Source: Cyanobacteria bacterium J06623_4 (GTDB lineage: Bacteria > Cyanobacteriota > Cyanobacteriia > Phormidesmidales > Phormidesmidaceae). Taken from it: a stretch of 64,000 nucleotides of DNA. The notes beneath the pieces were generated by a model. That model worked only from the letters and a program-made list of their open reading frames with translations. It was not told the origin of the DNA and ran no database searches. The stretch is from positions 39,001-103,000 of the forward strand of contig JBCBIK010000001.1 of the NCBI GenBank assembly GCA_038524545.1, in the 5' to 3' direction. Made by a program: the position numbers and the translations under genes. This document shows positions 39,601-49,495 of this stretch, piece after piece. Numbering within the stretch: the stretch's first letter is position 1; each line of letters begins with the position of its first letter.

Positions 39601-41289
39601 GGCGGTCAGCTGCCAGGGCGCAAGGTGTACCCGTGGATTGCCAAAGTGCGAAATTCTACGCCGGGCGTGGGACTGATTTCGCCGCCGCCGCACCACGATA
39701 TCTATTCGATCGAAGACTTGGCGGAGCTAATTCATGACCTGAAGAATGCAAACCGAGCAGCGCGGGTCAGCGTCAAGCTCGTTTCCGAGGTTGGGGTTGG
39801 CACCATTGCAGCAGGCGTCGCCAAGGCCCATGCCGATGTCGTGCTTATTTCTGGCTTTGATGGCGGTACGGGCGCATCACCCCAAACGTCGATTAAGCAT
39901 GCGGGTTTGCCTTGGGAGCTAGGGCTGGCAGAAACCCATCAGACGCTGGTATTGAACAATTTGCGCAGTCGCATTGTGATCGAGACCGATGGGCAGATGA
40001 AGACGGGGAGAGATGTTGCGATCGCAGCGCTCCTCGGGGCCGAAGAATTTGGCTTCAGCACCGCGCCCCTCGTCACCTTGGGCTGCATCATGATGCGCGT
40101 TTGCCACCTCAATACCTGCCCAGTGGGCGTCGCCACCCAAAATCCTGACCTGCGCAGCAAGTTTAACGGTGACCCTGCCTACACCGTGAACTTCATGAAA
40201 TTCATTGCGCAAGAAACCCGCGAAATTATGGCGGCGCTCGGCTTCCGCACCCTTGATGAGATGGTGGGCCGCACCGACATGCTCGCCCCCAAAACGGCCA
40301 TTGATCACTGGAAGGCCAAGGGCATCGACCTCACACCGCTGCTGCATCAGCCCAAAGTCGGGCCAGAAATCGGTCGCTACTGCACACAAGCGCAAGACCA
40401 CGGCCTCGACAAATCCCTTGACATCACTCGCCTGCTCGACATCTGCCAGCCCGCGATTGAAAAAGGCGAGCCGGTTGAGGCGACATTGCCCATTCGCAAT
40501 ATCCACCGCGTGGTGGGCACCATCGTGGGTAACGAAATTACCAAGCGGCACTGGGACGGTCTTCCACCAGACACCGTACAGCTCCACTTCCAGGGCACTG
40601 CCGGACAGAGCTTTGGGGCCTTTATCCCCAAGGGGATGACTCTGACACTCGAGGGCGATGCCAACGACTACTTGGGCAAGGGGCTCAGTGGTGGCAAAAT
40701 TATTCTCTTCCCACCACCGTCTTCACCGCTGGTCGCAGAAGACAATATCGTCACCGGTAATGTCGCCTTCTACGGTGCCACTAGCGGTGAGGCCTACATC
40801 AATGGCCAGGCCGGTGAGCGCTTCTGCGTGAGAAATTCTGGCGTTGAGGCGGTGGTAGAAGGGGTGGGCGACCACGGCTGTGAATATATGACCGGTGGCA
40901 AGGCGATTATCTTAGGTCGCACCGGGCGTAACTTTGCGGCGGGCATGAGCGGCGGCGTTGCCTACGTTCTCGACGAAGCCGGTGACTTTGCGACTCGCTG
41001 CAATACCGAAATGGTCGGGCTAGAGCGCGTCGAAACAGAGGCAGAAAGTAAGCTGCTGAGAGAGAAAATTCAGCGGCATGTGGACTACACCGGTAGCCCC
41101 AAGGCTAAATCTCTCTTGGCCGCTTGGGAAACAACCTTGCCCAAGTTTGTAAAAGTGATGCCCCGCGACTACAAACGCGTACTGCAGCACATTCAAAAAG
41201 CGCTCGATGCTGGCCTCAGTAACGACGAAGCCATGTCAGCCGCCTTCGAAGAAAATGCCAGAGACCTTGCCAGGGTTAGCGGCAGCTAA
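36643..41289 (+). CDS. gltB: Glutamate synthase large subunit
   Basis: 1548 aa. N-terminal amidotransferase Cys ([10 protein letters not shown]), FMN/Fe-S region ([22 protein letters not shown]) and a C-terminal GXGXG-type beta-helix. Confidence 0.95.
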   Translation: MAPSDQTVNSPQTQLSAPTRQGLYDPQHEHDACGVGFVVQMKGKASHDIVQQGLTILLNLDHRGAVGAEPNTGDGAGILMQISHRFMAKVAAAESIELPAAGQYGVAMIYASPDAEAREKGREAFEKVVAEAGLEVLGWRDVPTDNATLGPTAQASEPFMQQAFIGRGSLGEGSDELALERKLYVIRKLAHRAIRGEKIDGYWYVASISCRTIVYKGMLMPIQVGQYYLDLSDPDMESALSLVHSRFSTNTFPSWERSHPYRYIAHNGEINTLRGNINWMTARQSMFESALFGEDLERAKPLININGSDSTIFDNTLELLALSGRSLPHSLMMMVPEPWSGHKTMDEQKKAFYEYHACLIEPWDGPASIAFTDGTQMGAVLDRNGLRPGRYYVTKDDRVIMASEAGVLPVPPEDVIEKGRLEPGKMFLVDTKAGKIVSDQEIKQQIASEQPYRDWLDQNLITLDELPTSPAAAESKLDTSPEAITRRQMAFGYTFEELRMLLAPMGKNGVEAIGAMGTDTPLPVLSNRPKLLYNYFQQLFAQVTNPPIDSIREAIITSATTTIGSERNLLEPTPESCRLLQLKTPFITNDELAKIKHNQAFKTAVLPILFDPDAGEAGLSGALEALCMKADEAIAAGDEILILSDRAIAQNRAPIPALLAVAGLHHHLIRNGTRTRVGIVLESGEPREVHHFAVLLGYGCGAINPYMAFETFQRMIDENLLREVSYAEACKNYIKAATKGVVKVASKIGISTLQSYRGAQIFEAIGLNDTVIGKYFTWTASRIQGVGLDVLAQEAIQRHRHAFPDRVEAGSHNAATLDVGGEYQWRKDGEAHLLSPQSIHLLQQATRDGNYDLFKKYSALVNEQGKQFFRLRDLLEFTPQQPIPIEEVEPIEAIMKRFKTGAMSYGSISQEAHETLAIAMNRIGGRSNTGEGGEDPARYTWTNEQGDSKNSAIKQVASGRFGVSSLYLSQAKEIQIKMAQGAKPGEGGQLPGRKVYPWIAKVRNSTPGVGLISPPPHHDIYSIEDLAELIHDLKNANRAARVSVKLVSEVGVGTIAAGVAKAHADVVLISGFDGGTGASPQTSIKHAGLPWELGLAETHQTLVLNNLRSRIVIETDGQMKTGRDVAIAALLGAEEFGFSTAPLVTLGCIMMRVCHLNTCPVGVATQNPDLRSKFNGDPAYTVNFMKFIAQETREIMAALGFRTLDEMVGRTDMLAPKTAIDHWKAKGIDLTPLLHQPKVGPEIGRYCTQAQDHGLDKSLDITRLLDICQPAIEKGEPVEATLPIRNIHRVVGTIVGNEITKRHWDGLPPDTVQLHFQGTAGQSFGAFIPKGMTLTLEGDANDYLGKGLSGGKIILFPPPSSPLVAEDNIVTGNVAFYGATSGEAYINGQAGERFCVRNSGVEAVVEGVGDHGCEYMTGGKAIILGRTGRNFAAGMSGGVAYVLDEAGDFATRCNTEMVGLERVETEAESKLLREKIQRHVDYTGSPKAKSLLAAWETTLPKFVKVMPRDYKRVLQHIQKALDAGLSNDEAMSAAFEENARDLARVSGS

Positions 41290-41405
41290 GGCCACTAGCC
41301 ACAACAGAGTCGTCTGACAACAATCTCGTTTTATGACACTTACGGACAAATAGGCATCTCTATCACGCATCTGACAACAGCACTCCTCACAACACCAATA
41401 ACAAC

Positions 41406-42890
41406 ATGGGAAAACCAACTGGCTTTATTGAACATTTGCGGGAAGCTCCCTCAGAAATCTCTCCCAAAGATCGCATTCGCAACTGGGATGAGTTTCACCT
41501 GCCCATGCCCGAGGAGAATCTGCAAACCCAGGGCGCACGCTGCATGGACTGCGGCACCCCCTTTTGCCACACGGGTGAACTCATCAGCGGCATGGCCAGC
41601 GGCTGTCCGATCAACAATCTTATTCCCGAGTGGAATGACCTGATCTATCGTGGTCTCTGGAGAGAAGCTCTTGATCGCCTCCATAAAACCAACAACTTTC
41701 CAGAATTTACTGGGCGGGTTTGCCCGGCCCCCTGCGAAGGATCTTGCGTACTGGGCCTCACCAACCCGCCAGTGACGATCAAAAACATTGAATATTCCAT
41801 CATTGAAAAAGGCTGGGCTGAGGGCTGGATAGTCCCTCGCCCACCGGCGAAGAGAACCGGTAAGACCGTTGCTGTCGTAGGCTCTGGCCCGGCAGGCCTA
41901 GCCGCCGCCGACCAGCTAAACAAGGCCGGTCATACGGTGACGGTATACGAGCGGGCCAATCGTCCGGGCGGACTGCTGACCTATGGCATCCCCAACATGA
42001 AGCTCGACAAGCAGGACATCGTGCGACGTCGGCTGGACATTTTGGAAGCGGAAGGGATTACCTTTGTGTGCAACACAGAGGTTGGTCAAGACCTGCCTGC
42101 GGACAAACTGTTGAATGATTTCGATTCGGTTATTCTCTGTACGGGCTCTACCCGGCCAAGAGACTTACCGATTGAAGGCAGAGACCTCAAGGGCATTAAC
42201 TTTGCCATGGAATTTTTGACGGCGAACACCCAGGCGGTGCTGGATGGTCGGCCCGGCGACGACTATATCTCCGTAGCCGGTAAAGATGTGGTGATTATTG
42301 GCGGTGGTGATACGGGCACTGACTGTGTGGGCACTTCCATTCGTCAGGGCTGCAGAAGTATCAATCAGCTAGAGATTATGCCGAAGCCGCCGGAAATTCG
42401 CGCGGCTAGCAATCCTTGGCCTGAGTGGCCCAAAATCTATCGGCTCGACTACGGGCAAGAAGAGGCAAAGGCCCTCTTTGGGGATGACCCGCGTGCCTAT
42501 GTGAGAACTGCGACAAAGTTCGAGGGCGATGGCAATGGTAATGTTGCTGCTGTCCATACCGTAGAGGTGCAGTGGGAACGGGATGAGAACGGGCGGTTTA
42601 CACCTATTCACGTTCCGGGGAGTGAAATTGTAATGCCTGCGCAGCAGGTGCTGCTGGCTATGGGCTTCCTGGGACCTGAGTCGCCTTTGCTCGATGCTTT
42701 GGGCCTAGAGAAAACAAATCGCAGCAACATTAAGGCTGAGCATGAGGACTACAGAACGAACAAACCGGGCGTCTTTGCGGCGGGTGACTGTCGGCGAGGG
42801 CAGAGCCTGATCGTATGGGCGATTAATGAGGGGAGAGGGGTGGCACGGGAGTGTGATCGCTACCTCATGGGTGCAACCGAACTGCCCTAG
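41406..42890 (+). CDS. gltD: Glutamate synthase small subunit (NAD(P)H-dependent)
   Basis: Cys clusters ([18 protein letters not shown]) and dinucleotide folds ([27 protein letters not shown]). Confidence 0.93.
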   Translation: MGKPTGFIEHLREAPSEISPKDRIRNWDEFHLPMPEENLQTQGARCMDCGTPFCHTGELISGMASGCPINNLIPEWNDLIYRGLWREALDRLHKTNNFPEFTGRVCPAPCEGSCVLGLTNPPVTIKNIEYSIIEKGWAEGWIVPRPPAKRTGKTVAVVGSGPAGLAAADQLNKAGHTVTVYERANRPGGLLTYGIPNMKLDKQDIVRRRLDILEAEGITFVCNTEVGQDLPADKLLNDFDSVILCTGSTRPRDLPIEGRDLKGINFAMEFLTANTQAVLDGRPGDDYISVAGKDVVIIGGGDTGTDCVGTSIRQGCRSINQLEIMPKPPEIRAASNPWPEWPKIYRLDYGQEEAKALFGDDPRAYVRTATKFEGDGNGNVAAVHTVEVQWERDENGRFTPIHVPGSEIVMPAQQVLLAMGFLGPESPLLDALGLEKTNRSNIKAEHEDYRTNKPGVFAAGDCRRGQSLIVWAINEGRGVARECDRYLMGATELP

Positions 42891-43143
42891 CGCGAAGCTG
42901 TAGTAAAAGCTAATTCACATCCACACAAACACCGATATCTGCAGCTTGTCTGTTGCCTGTTCAGGCGATGTCATCTATGTAGCGTGACCTTTCGCTATCA
43001 CAATCATGTCTATCTATGGAAAGAGAGTGTCTATCCTGCCTGTAGGATAGACTGCCGACAAGCCGCCGAACAAAACTGCCTATAAATTGCCGACTTCAGG
43101 TAGCTGAACTCGGTAGCGACAAGCTAGCGGCTTATCGGAGTAG

Positions 43144-45057
43144 ATGAAACTAAGGGTAAAAATTCTCTCAGGTTACGTCGCCAGTCTAGCGCTCGTTGTG
43201 CTAATCGGGCTGTGGGGCGTTTTTAACCTGTGGCGACTAGGTAAAGCAAGCGAGGAGATTTTACAGGAGAATTATTTCAGCATTCGCGCTGCCGACAGTA
43301 TGGTCGACGCGCTAGAGCGTCAGGATAGTGCCACGTTGCTTTTACTGCTGAGCAGTTCAGCAGATAAGCTTGAGGAAGGTCTTGCACTATTTCGCGACAA
43401 CGAGGTGTCATTTTTGCAGGCACTGGCCAGGGCAAAAGATAACGTCACCACAGCAGAAGAACCTGAAGCCCTGAGAGCCCTAGAGAGTTCATACAAAAGC
43501 TATTTGGCTAGCGTAGATGGCCTGCTATCGGCAACAGATAGCAGCGCAACTGCGGGCCTTAACAAACTTGACCGATATGAACAAACGATCCGGCCAGCTT
43601 TTCAGATAGTGCGTGAGTCGGCTATTCGGTTGAGAGACATCAACCAAACTGCCATGACGGAAGCCTCCAGCCGAACGGCAATAATTTCGCAACGGGCTAT
43701 TCTTTCTGTTGCGATCGCCGGTTTTAGCGCGGCTGTCAGCGGATTTGTGATTAGCTGGATTCTCTCTCGCAATTTGGCTCGCCCCGTGCAGGCCATGCGC
43801 GGCGCAACCGCGCAGATAGCTGATGGTAACTACGATGTTCAGCTGGCGATCGCTTCCCGGGACGAGCTAGGTCAGCTCGCGGAAGAGATCAATGCCATGA
43901 GCAAACGACTTCAGGCTTTCAAAGCCTTGAATTTAGACAAAGTTGTTGCAGAAAAGCAGCGTGGGGAGGCTATTATCCACAGTCTCAGCGATGGTATTGT
44001 TGTTGTTGATGACCAGCTTCATATTATTGCTATTAACCCGGTGGCTGCGGCTATATTTGGTACCAAGCCTGGACTTGCTAAAGGTCGCCATTGTCTAGAA
44101 ATTGTTGAAAATCGTACACTATACCAGCAGATCCAGTCTGCAGCTAGCGAAGAGACAGCAGCTAACGCAAATGCCGCAGACACTGCCCTCTCCGGCAGCG
44201 GCGACCCAGCCGAGCTAAGCCTTGAGCGAGGGAACCGCACAGAGCACTATCAATACTTAGCTACGCCTGTCGTCGCCGCAGATCGCCGTCGATTGGGTGT
44301 TGTGCTGTTACTACAAAACGTCACAAACCTCAAGCAGCTCGACCAGCTCAAGAGCGAATTTGTAATGACCGCTTCTCACGAACTGCGGACGCCGCTCACT
44401 GGCATGGCGATGAGCATTGACCTCCTGATAGAAACCACGCAGGGTAAGCTATCAGAAGACGAACAGGCCCTACTCACTACCGCGCAGGAAGATGTGCAAC
44501 GCCTCAGGGCACTGGTGAACGATCTGTTAGATTTATCCAAAATAGAATCTGGCAAGATTGACATGGCGCAGGCCGCAACCCGGCCTGATGGGTTAGTCAG
44601 TAAGGCCATTGGCTTACTCCAGATTCAGGCCAACAAAAACAATGTTGAACTCGTTGCTCAGCTTTCGAGTAACCTGCCAGAAGTCAATGCCGACGCCAAT
44701 AAAATTACTTGGGTGCTTACCAACCTAATCGCCAATGCGCTGCGCTATGCCCGTAGCCGCATTGACGTGGCTACGCAGTCTCACGGAACTTGGGTCTCTA
44801 TCAGCGTCGTTGACGATGGACCCGGAATCGAGCCGGCCTATCAACGCAAAATATTTGACAAATTTGTGCAAGTCAAAACAGAGAAAGACGTTGGCGGTAC
44901 TGGGCTAGGACTGGCTATTTGTAAAGAAATAGTTCAAGCCCATGGCGGCAGAATTTGGGTTGAGTCAACCCCAGGTTATGGAAGTACCTTCACTTTCACA
45001 CTCCCAATTGTATCCCAGTCGTTCATTAAAAAGGAAACTGCTCATGCAACGCGATAG
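43144..45057 (+). CDS. Sensor histidine kinase (helical periplasmic sensor, HAMP, PAS, HisKA, HATPase_c)
   Basis: Two TM helices flank a helical sensor domain. H-box SHELRTPLT, N-box NLIANALRY and G-boxes DDGPGI and GGTGLGLAI. Confidence 0.9.
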   Translation: MKLRVKILSGYVASLALVVLIGLWGVFNLWRLGKASEEILQENYFSIRAADSMVDALERQDSATLLLLLSSSADKLEEGLALFRDNEVSFLQALARAKDNVTTAEEPEALRALESSYKSYLASVDGLLSATDSSATAGLNKLDRYEQTIRPAFQIVRESAIRLRDINQTAMTEASSRTAIISQRAILSVAIAGFSAAVSGFVISWILSRNLARPVQAMRGATAQIADGNYDVQLAIASRDELGQLAEEINAMSKRLQAFKALNLDKVVAEKQRGEAIIHSLSDGIVVVDDQLHIIAINPVAAAIFGTKPGLAKGRHCLEIVENRTLYQQIQSAASEETAANANAADTALSGSGDPAELSLERGNRTEHYQYLATPVVAADRRRLGVVLLLQNVTNLKQLDQLKSEFVMTASHELRTPLTGMAMSIDLLIETTQGKLSEDEQALLTTAQEDVQRLRALVNDLLDLSKIESGKIDMAQAATRPDGLVSKAIGLLQIQANKNNVELVAQLSSNLPEVNADANKITWVLTNLIANALRYARSRIDVATQSHGTWVSISVVDDGPGIEPAYQRKIFDKFVQVKTEKDVGGTGLGLAICKEIVQAHGGRIWVESTPGYGSTFTFTLPIVSQSFIKKETAHATR

Positions 45058-45709
45058 TACCCCCAACGCCAACATCTTAGTTGCCGATGATGAGAACAGC
45101 ATCCGATTAACAGTTAGCCAGGCGCTGTCTTCTCAAGGCTACGAAGTAATCACCGCCATTGACGGTAACACAGCCCTTGCACAGCTGCAGGATACATCTA
45201 TCGACCTGTTGCTTTTAGATATTCAGATGCCAGGAATGGATGGCATTGAAGTCTTGCAAAAAGCGATGGCTCAACAACCTGCCTTGAAGGTAATAATGAT
45301 TTCGGCTCATGGCTCGGTGGATAATGCTGTTGAAGCAATGAAACTAGGCGCTGTAGACTACTTGCAGAAACCCTTTACTCCCGGCGAACTCAGAGAGCTG
45401 GTCGACCGTGTACTGAGCAGAGAGGCGGTTGGTACAGAGGCGTACGATGAGCAGATTGCCTCTGCTCGGGTCCTAGCTGCAGAGGGCAAGTACGAAGATG
45501 CAAAGGCAGCGGTCAAGCAGTGCATCGGCGACCATCCCGAAAATGCCGCAGGTTTTAACCTACTTGGAGAGCTGTTAGAAGCGATGGGTGAGCAAGCTGA
45601 AGCGCTGAAGAACTATCGAGTGGCACTCGATCTAGATCCTACCTATACAGCTGCCAGCGACAACTTGAGTCGGGCTGCAATAGACCCGAAGTCAACGCCG
45701 AGCTTTTGA
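45044..45709 (+). CDS. Response regulator: receiver + C-terminal TPR, no DNA-binding domain
   Basis: Canonical REC (ILVADDE, LLLLDIQMPGMDG, ISAHG, QKPF) followed by TPR-like EGKYEDAKAAV...GEQAEALKNYRVALDLDP. The start overlaps the kinase stop by 14 nt. Confidence 0.85.
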   Translation: MQRDSTPNANILVADDENSIRLTVSQALSSQGYEVITAIDGNTALAQLQDTSIDLLLLDIQMPGMDGIEVLQKAMAQQPALKVIMISAHGSVDNAVEAMKLGAVDYLQKPFTPGELRELVDRVLSREAVGTEAYDEQIASARVLAAEGKYEDAKAAVKQCIGDHPENAAGFNLLGELLEAMGEQAEALKNYRVALDLDPTYTAASDNLSRAAIDPKSTPSF

Positions 45710-45839
45710 GACATAATACCAACTTTTTGATTTTTCTTAGATGCTTACCAGATACCCTACCCGGTATTGTCTATGTTTTTTTACCCGATGTCTGTCGCAA
45801 TATACGCAATATAAAGGGTCACCCACAGGAGTTTTAAAT

Positions 45840-46298
45840 ATGGTTTCTAATCTTTTGGGCGGCAATGCTAAAGGGGCCCAATACATCATCATTATTGGCT
45901 GCGGGCGGCTAGGCTCGCTTCTCGCAAGTCAGCTAAGCGCCCGGGGCAATAGCGTTGTTGTTATCGACCAGTATCAGGACAGCTTTGACAATCTTTCTGC
46001 CGAGTTTAGTGGATTTCAGCTAACTGGCAATGCAGTTGAGCTAGCAACGCTTCGTAGAGCAAAAGTCGATAGGGCAGACTGCCTTGTCGCTGTCACCCGA
46101 GAAGACAATGTCAACCTAATGGTGGCACAGATTGCCAAAACAGTGTTTGACATTCCTATTGTGCTAGCACGGGTATTTGATCCGGCTCGTGAGGCGATCT
46201 ATAAAGAGTTTGAAATTAATACGATCAGTCCAACGCAGCTGTCTGCTGATTTGTTTTTAAAGACGCTGGACACCCAATTTAAGCAGGTGACGAAATGA
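45840..46298 (+). CDS. RCK/TrkA-N domain protein (N-lobe only, intact GxGxxG)
   Basis: IIIIGCGRLGSLLA Rossmann motif. About 152 aa with no TrkA-C lobe. Confidence 0.8.
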   Translation: MVSNLLGGNAKGAQYIIIIGCGRLGSLLASQLSARGNSVVVIDQYQDSFDNLSAEFSGFQLTGNAVELATLRRAKVDRADCLVAVTREDNVNLMVAQIAKTVFDIPIVLARVFDPAREAIYKEFEINTISPTQLSADLFLKTLDTQFKQVTK

Positions 46299-46957
46299 GA
46301 ATAATTCTAGTGGGAACAGATAAGCTAATTTATTTTCTGGGGCGGCGATTTGTCACCAAAGGAGACTTTGTCACTATCATTACACCGGAACAGTTGGAGG
46401 CAACCTCGCTGTCGCGGCGACTGAAGGCGACGGTTATCGTTGGCGACGGTAGTGACCCTGCCGTGCTGCAGGAAGCAGGTGCTTATCAAGCCGACGCGCT
46501 GCTAGCTCTGACCGACCAAGACCAGGACAATCTTATCGCCTGTCAGATTGCTCAGGACCGCTATGGCGTTCCTCGCACCGTTGCAATTGTTAATGATCCA
46601 GATAATCGAGAGATTTTTGAATCGCTGGGTATCAGTTTGGCCTTCTCAGCTACTGAAATACTGGGATCTTTAATTGAGCAACAAACGGTCCCTTCTGAAA
46701 TCAAAAACCTTGTGCCTGTTACAGAAAGTGACGTTGTGATTACGGAAGTGGTTTTGAAAGTGGGTAGTCCTTCTATTGGTAAAGCGATCAAGGATTTGGG
46801 ACTCAGGGGCGCTACGGTTGCCTGTGTCGTCAGGCGCGGACACGTGCTTAAAGCCAATAGACGAATGTATCTGATGGAGGGCGATCGCATTCTGCTCATT
46901 AGTGAGGATGCTCGCTATGGTCAAGCGCAACAGGCACTCACCGGGGAGGGCTTGTAG
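46295..46957 (+). CDS. RCK/TrkA protein (N-lobe with degenerate Gly motif + TrkA-C lobe)
   Basis: The N-terminus IILVGTDKLIYFLG replaces GxGxxG. The C-terminal TrkA-C-like segment reads ITEVVLKVGSPSIGKAIKDLGL...GDRILLIS. ATGA start/stop overlap with the upstream gene. Confidence 0.8.
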   Translation: MRIILVGTDKLIYFLGRRFVTKGDFVTIITPEQLEATSLSRRLKATVIVGDGSDPAVLQEAGAYQADALLALTDQDQDNLIACQIAQDRYGVPRTVAIVNDPDNREIFESLGISLAFSATEILGSLIEQQTVPSEIKNLVPVTESDVVITEVVLKVGSPSIGKAIKDLGLRGATVACVVRRGHVLKANRRMYLMEGDRILLISEDARYGQAQQALTGEGL

Positions 46958-46960
46958 AAA

Positions 46961-48454
46961 ATGCGCTATCAAAGCTTTTTACGCCAGCGCTATCGAGCCG
47001 TATTAGGCTATACAGGACTAATTAGTGCGATCGCGGGACTGGCCATCCTATCGCCTTTGATTGCGCTGTTTGCCTATCCAGAAGAGGCTAGCTTGGCTTG
47101 GGGATTTCTACTGCCGGGTCTCTTCTTGAGCGGGCTCGGCGTGGTGACTTGGCAGCTCTTTAACCCTGGGAAAGCGGCGTCGCTTACGAAACAAGAGGGC
47201 GCGGTTATTGTGGTGCTCTCTTGGCTGCTGGCTATTTTAGTTGGTACCCTGCCCTTTTTAGCCATTACAGGCTTGACCTTTACGCAAGCTATGTTTGAAT
47301 CAACTAGCGGCTGGACAACTACTGGTCTCTCTGTGGTAGACGTGACGCAGGCCTCTCGGCTGATTTTGCTATATCGAAGCATTATGGAGCTGTTTGGAGG
47401 GGCTGGGTTAGCCATCATTACGCTCAGCGCAATTGCCGGTTCTGTGGGGGCTAGCCTCAGTAGCGCTGAAGGTCGCAGTGAGCAGCTCGCACCCAACGTT
47501 CGTCGATCTTCTAAGCTGGTCTTGATTATTTACAGTGGCTTGTGCGCGGTCGGAACCGTGGCGCTACGCATTTCTGGAGTCGGTTGGTTTGACGCAGTCA
47601 ATCACGCTTTTGCTGCGCTCTCTACTGGTGGTTTCTCTACCCGACCTGACTCTATCGGCTACTGGGATAGTCCCTTTGTTGAAGCGGTTACGATTGTGCT
47701 GATGCTATTCGGTGGACTGAATTTTGTCACCATCTATTTGTTGCTCACCGGTCAGCTAAAATCTGTTATTCGCAACGGGCAGGTACGACTGCAAGCAGTG
47801 CTCATTCCAATCGCAGCGATCGCGATTTTCTTCGGCTCGGCAGTTTCCCTGTATCCCACCTTTAGCAAAGCTGTCCGGGTGTCTATCTTTGAATCAGTGA
47901 CAGCCCTGACCACGACAGGATTTTCAACCGTGGGATACACAGACTGGAACAGCTTGCCTTGGCTAGTAATGATTGTACTGATGCTCGTTGGGGGCGGAGC
48001 CGGATCGACAGCAGGCGGAATTAAGCAGTTAAGGTTGTATATCCTGTATCGTTCTCTACTGTCCGAAACTCAAGAAATGCTGATGCCAAAAGGCGCCATC
48101 TGTGAAACTGAAATTTGGCAGGGAGAGCAACGTCATTTTTTACGGGCTGATCAAATTCGACAAGTGGCGCTGTTTATTTTTCTCTATCTAGCTGTGTTTC
48201 TCTTAGGCGCTTTTGTAATGACTGGCTATGGCTACTCAGTCCAAGAAAGTCTCTTTGAGTATGCCAGTACTATGGGCACAGTAGGCCTATCGATTGGGAT
48301 AACCGCTAGCGACGCGCCTGCTGGCGTTCTGTGGACGCAGATTGTTGGAATGTTTTTAGGTCGGTTAGAGTTCTTTACCGTGCTGATTGGTGTTGCCTGT
48401 GTGCTGAGAGACCTCCGTCCTATGTTGTTGAGCAAAGGAAAACAGGGAACATAA
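46961..48454 (+). CDS. TrkH/KtrB family potassium uptake membrane protein
   Basis: Four selectivity-filter-like segments (SGWTTTGLS, LSTGGFS, LTTTGFS, MGTVGLS) in a polytopic 497-aa protein. Confidence 0.88.
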   Translation: MRYQSFLRQRYRAVLGYTGLISAIAGLAILSPLIALFAYPEEASLAWGFLLPGLFLSGLGVVTWQLFNPGKAASLTKQEGAVIVVLSWLLAILVGTLPFLAITGLTFTQAMFESTSGWTTTGLSVVDVTQASRLILLYRSIMELFGGAGLAIITLSAIAGSVGASLSSAEGRSEQLAPNVRRSSKLVLIIYSGLCAVGTVALRISGVGWFDAVNHAFAALSTGGFSTRPDSIGYWDSPFVEAVTIVLMLFGGLNFVTIYLLLTGQLKSVIRNGQVRLQAVLIPIAAIAIFFGSAVSLYPTFSKAVRVSIFESVTALTTTGFSTVGYTDWNSLPWLVMIVLMLVGGGAGSTAGGIKQLRLYILYRSLLSETQEMLMPKGAICETEIWQGEQRHFLRADQIRQVALFIFLYLAVFLLGAFVMTGYGYSVQESLFEYASTMGTVGLSIGITASDAPAGVLWTQIVGMFLGRLEFFTVLIGVACVLRDLRPMLLSKGKQGT

Positions 48455-48939
48455 CCACAAAAGCTGTGGCTCAAAAGGGTGTTTCTAATACAGGATTTTT
48501 TTGATGCATGGTGGTTTTAATACGGGATGTTTTGAATAGGCTGATTGACGAGGCTACAGATTTTGCTGAATACGGCTCATGCCTTTGAAGGAAACAAAAA
48601 AAGAGAGAAAGCACAAAAAACTACATCTTTTAGTGCCAGTTTATAAATTGACACAGCGTCAATATGTCTGATTTATAACAGCCTGTTTCCGCAATTACTG
48701 GGTTGATAGTGGAATTGTATTAGTGAAAATACGAGCCCATGCTACCCACGCTTCACAATTGAAAAATGTCTTGATTCTCGGCAATTTTGCGGTCTTATGA
48801 TGGGTATAAAAGGGGCTTTCAGAGGGCCTTTTCGCAAGTCTTGAGTAAATATTGTGCGAAGCTTGCATAATCCGCTGCAAGTTGATTGCAAAATCAAACA
48901 AAATTGAACCATGGTGTCATTTACATAGAACATAAACCC

Positions 48940-49332
48940 ATGGTCGAGACGGTTTGCTTAACGATTGACTGGCGGGGGGCTGATAGTGAGCTGCCGGAGT
49001 CGCAGCAAGAGGCCTTTACGCAGACGCTGTACAGAGAGCTGCGATCGCTAGACTCGGTAGAAACGGTAGCCCGCGTGCCCGACCCAGCAGTCCCCGCGGG
49101 AGCGATGGGCGGACAGTGGCTCTGGAACATCCTTACGGCAGAGATTCCGGGCGACGGACTGCGACGGGCTTGCCAAGAAGTTTTTAGTCGGCTGTCGGCG
49201 CGGCAGATGGTGCTGACCATGGAAGTTGATGGACAGTCACAAAAAATCGATGCAAAAAACGTGCGGCCCGATGACTTCGATGAGGTCATCGATAAGCTCG
49301 TGGAGGCCGCGCAAAAAATGAAGTCGACCTAG
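48940..49332 (+). CDS. Small protein resembling effector-associated constant component EACC1
   Basis: The ATG at 48940 (MVETVCLTIDWRGADSELPES...) is preferred over the TTG track start 48886. The pattern of N-terminal beta strand, acidic loop, PAGAMGG, then VLTMEVDGQSQKIDAKNVRPDDFDEVIDKL matches my recollection of EACC1-family proteins. Not verified by search. Confidence 0.5.
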   Translation: MVETVCLTIDWRGADSELPESQQEAFTQTLYRELRSLDSVETVARVPDPAVPAGAMGGQWLWNILTAEIPGDGLRRACQEVFSRLSARQMVLTMEVDGQSQKIDAKNVRPDDFDEVIDKLVEAAQKMKST

Positions 49333-49495
49333 CCACCGGCTGGGTCAATTTGCTGAGTAACGAAGATGGCTGTAGAAGACTCGCTATCGGCATCACTCAT
49401 CTCTATCAAAATGACTCAAAAGCTTTTTCTCCAAGCCTTTTCTCGTTCCTATCGTCGCCCGTTTATCTTCAGTATCTACAGCACGCAGCCGTTCA

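Noticed and set aside
39919-40587. Long antisense ORFs inside large genes. Examples are the 222-aa ORF opposite gltB, 11663-12205 opposite the STAND gene, and 38509-38904.
   Set aside because: These are shadow ORFs on the opposite strand of strongly supported, GC-rich coding regions, with atypical amino-acid composition.
48455-48469. The hairpin CCACA-AAAGC-TGTGG right after the trkH-like stop, as a terminator.
   Set aside because: It has only a 5-bp stem and no following T-tract, which is too weak to call.
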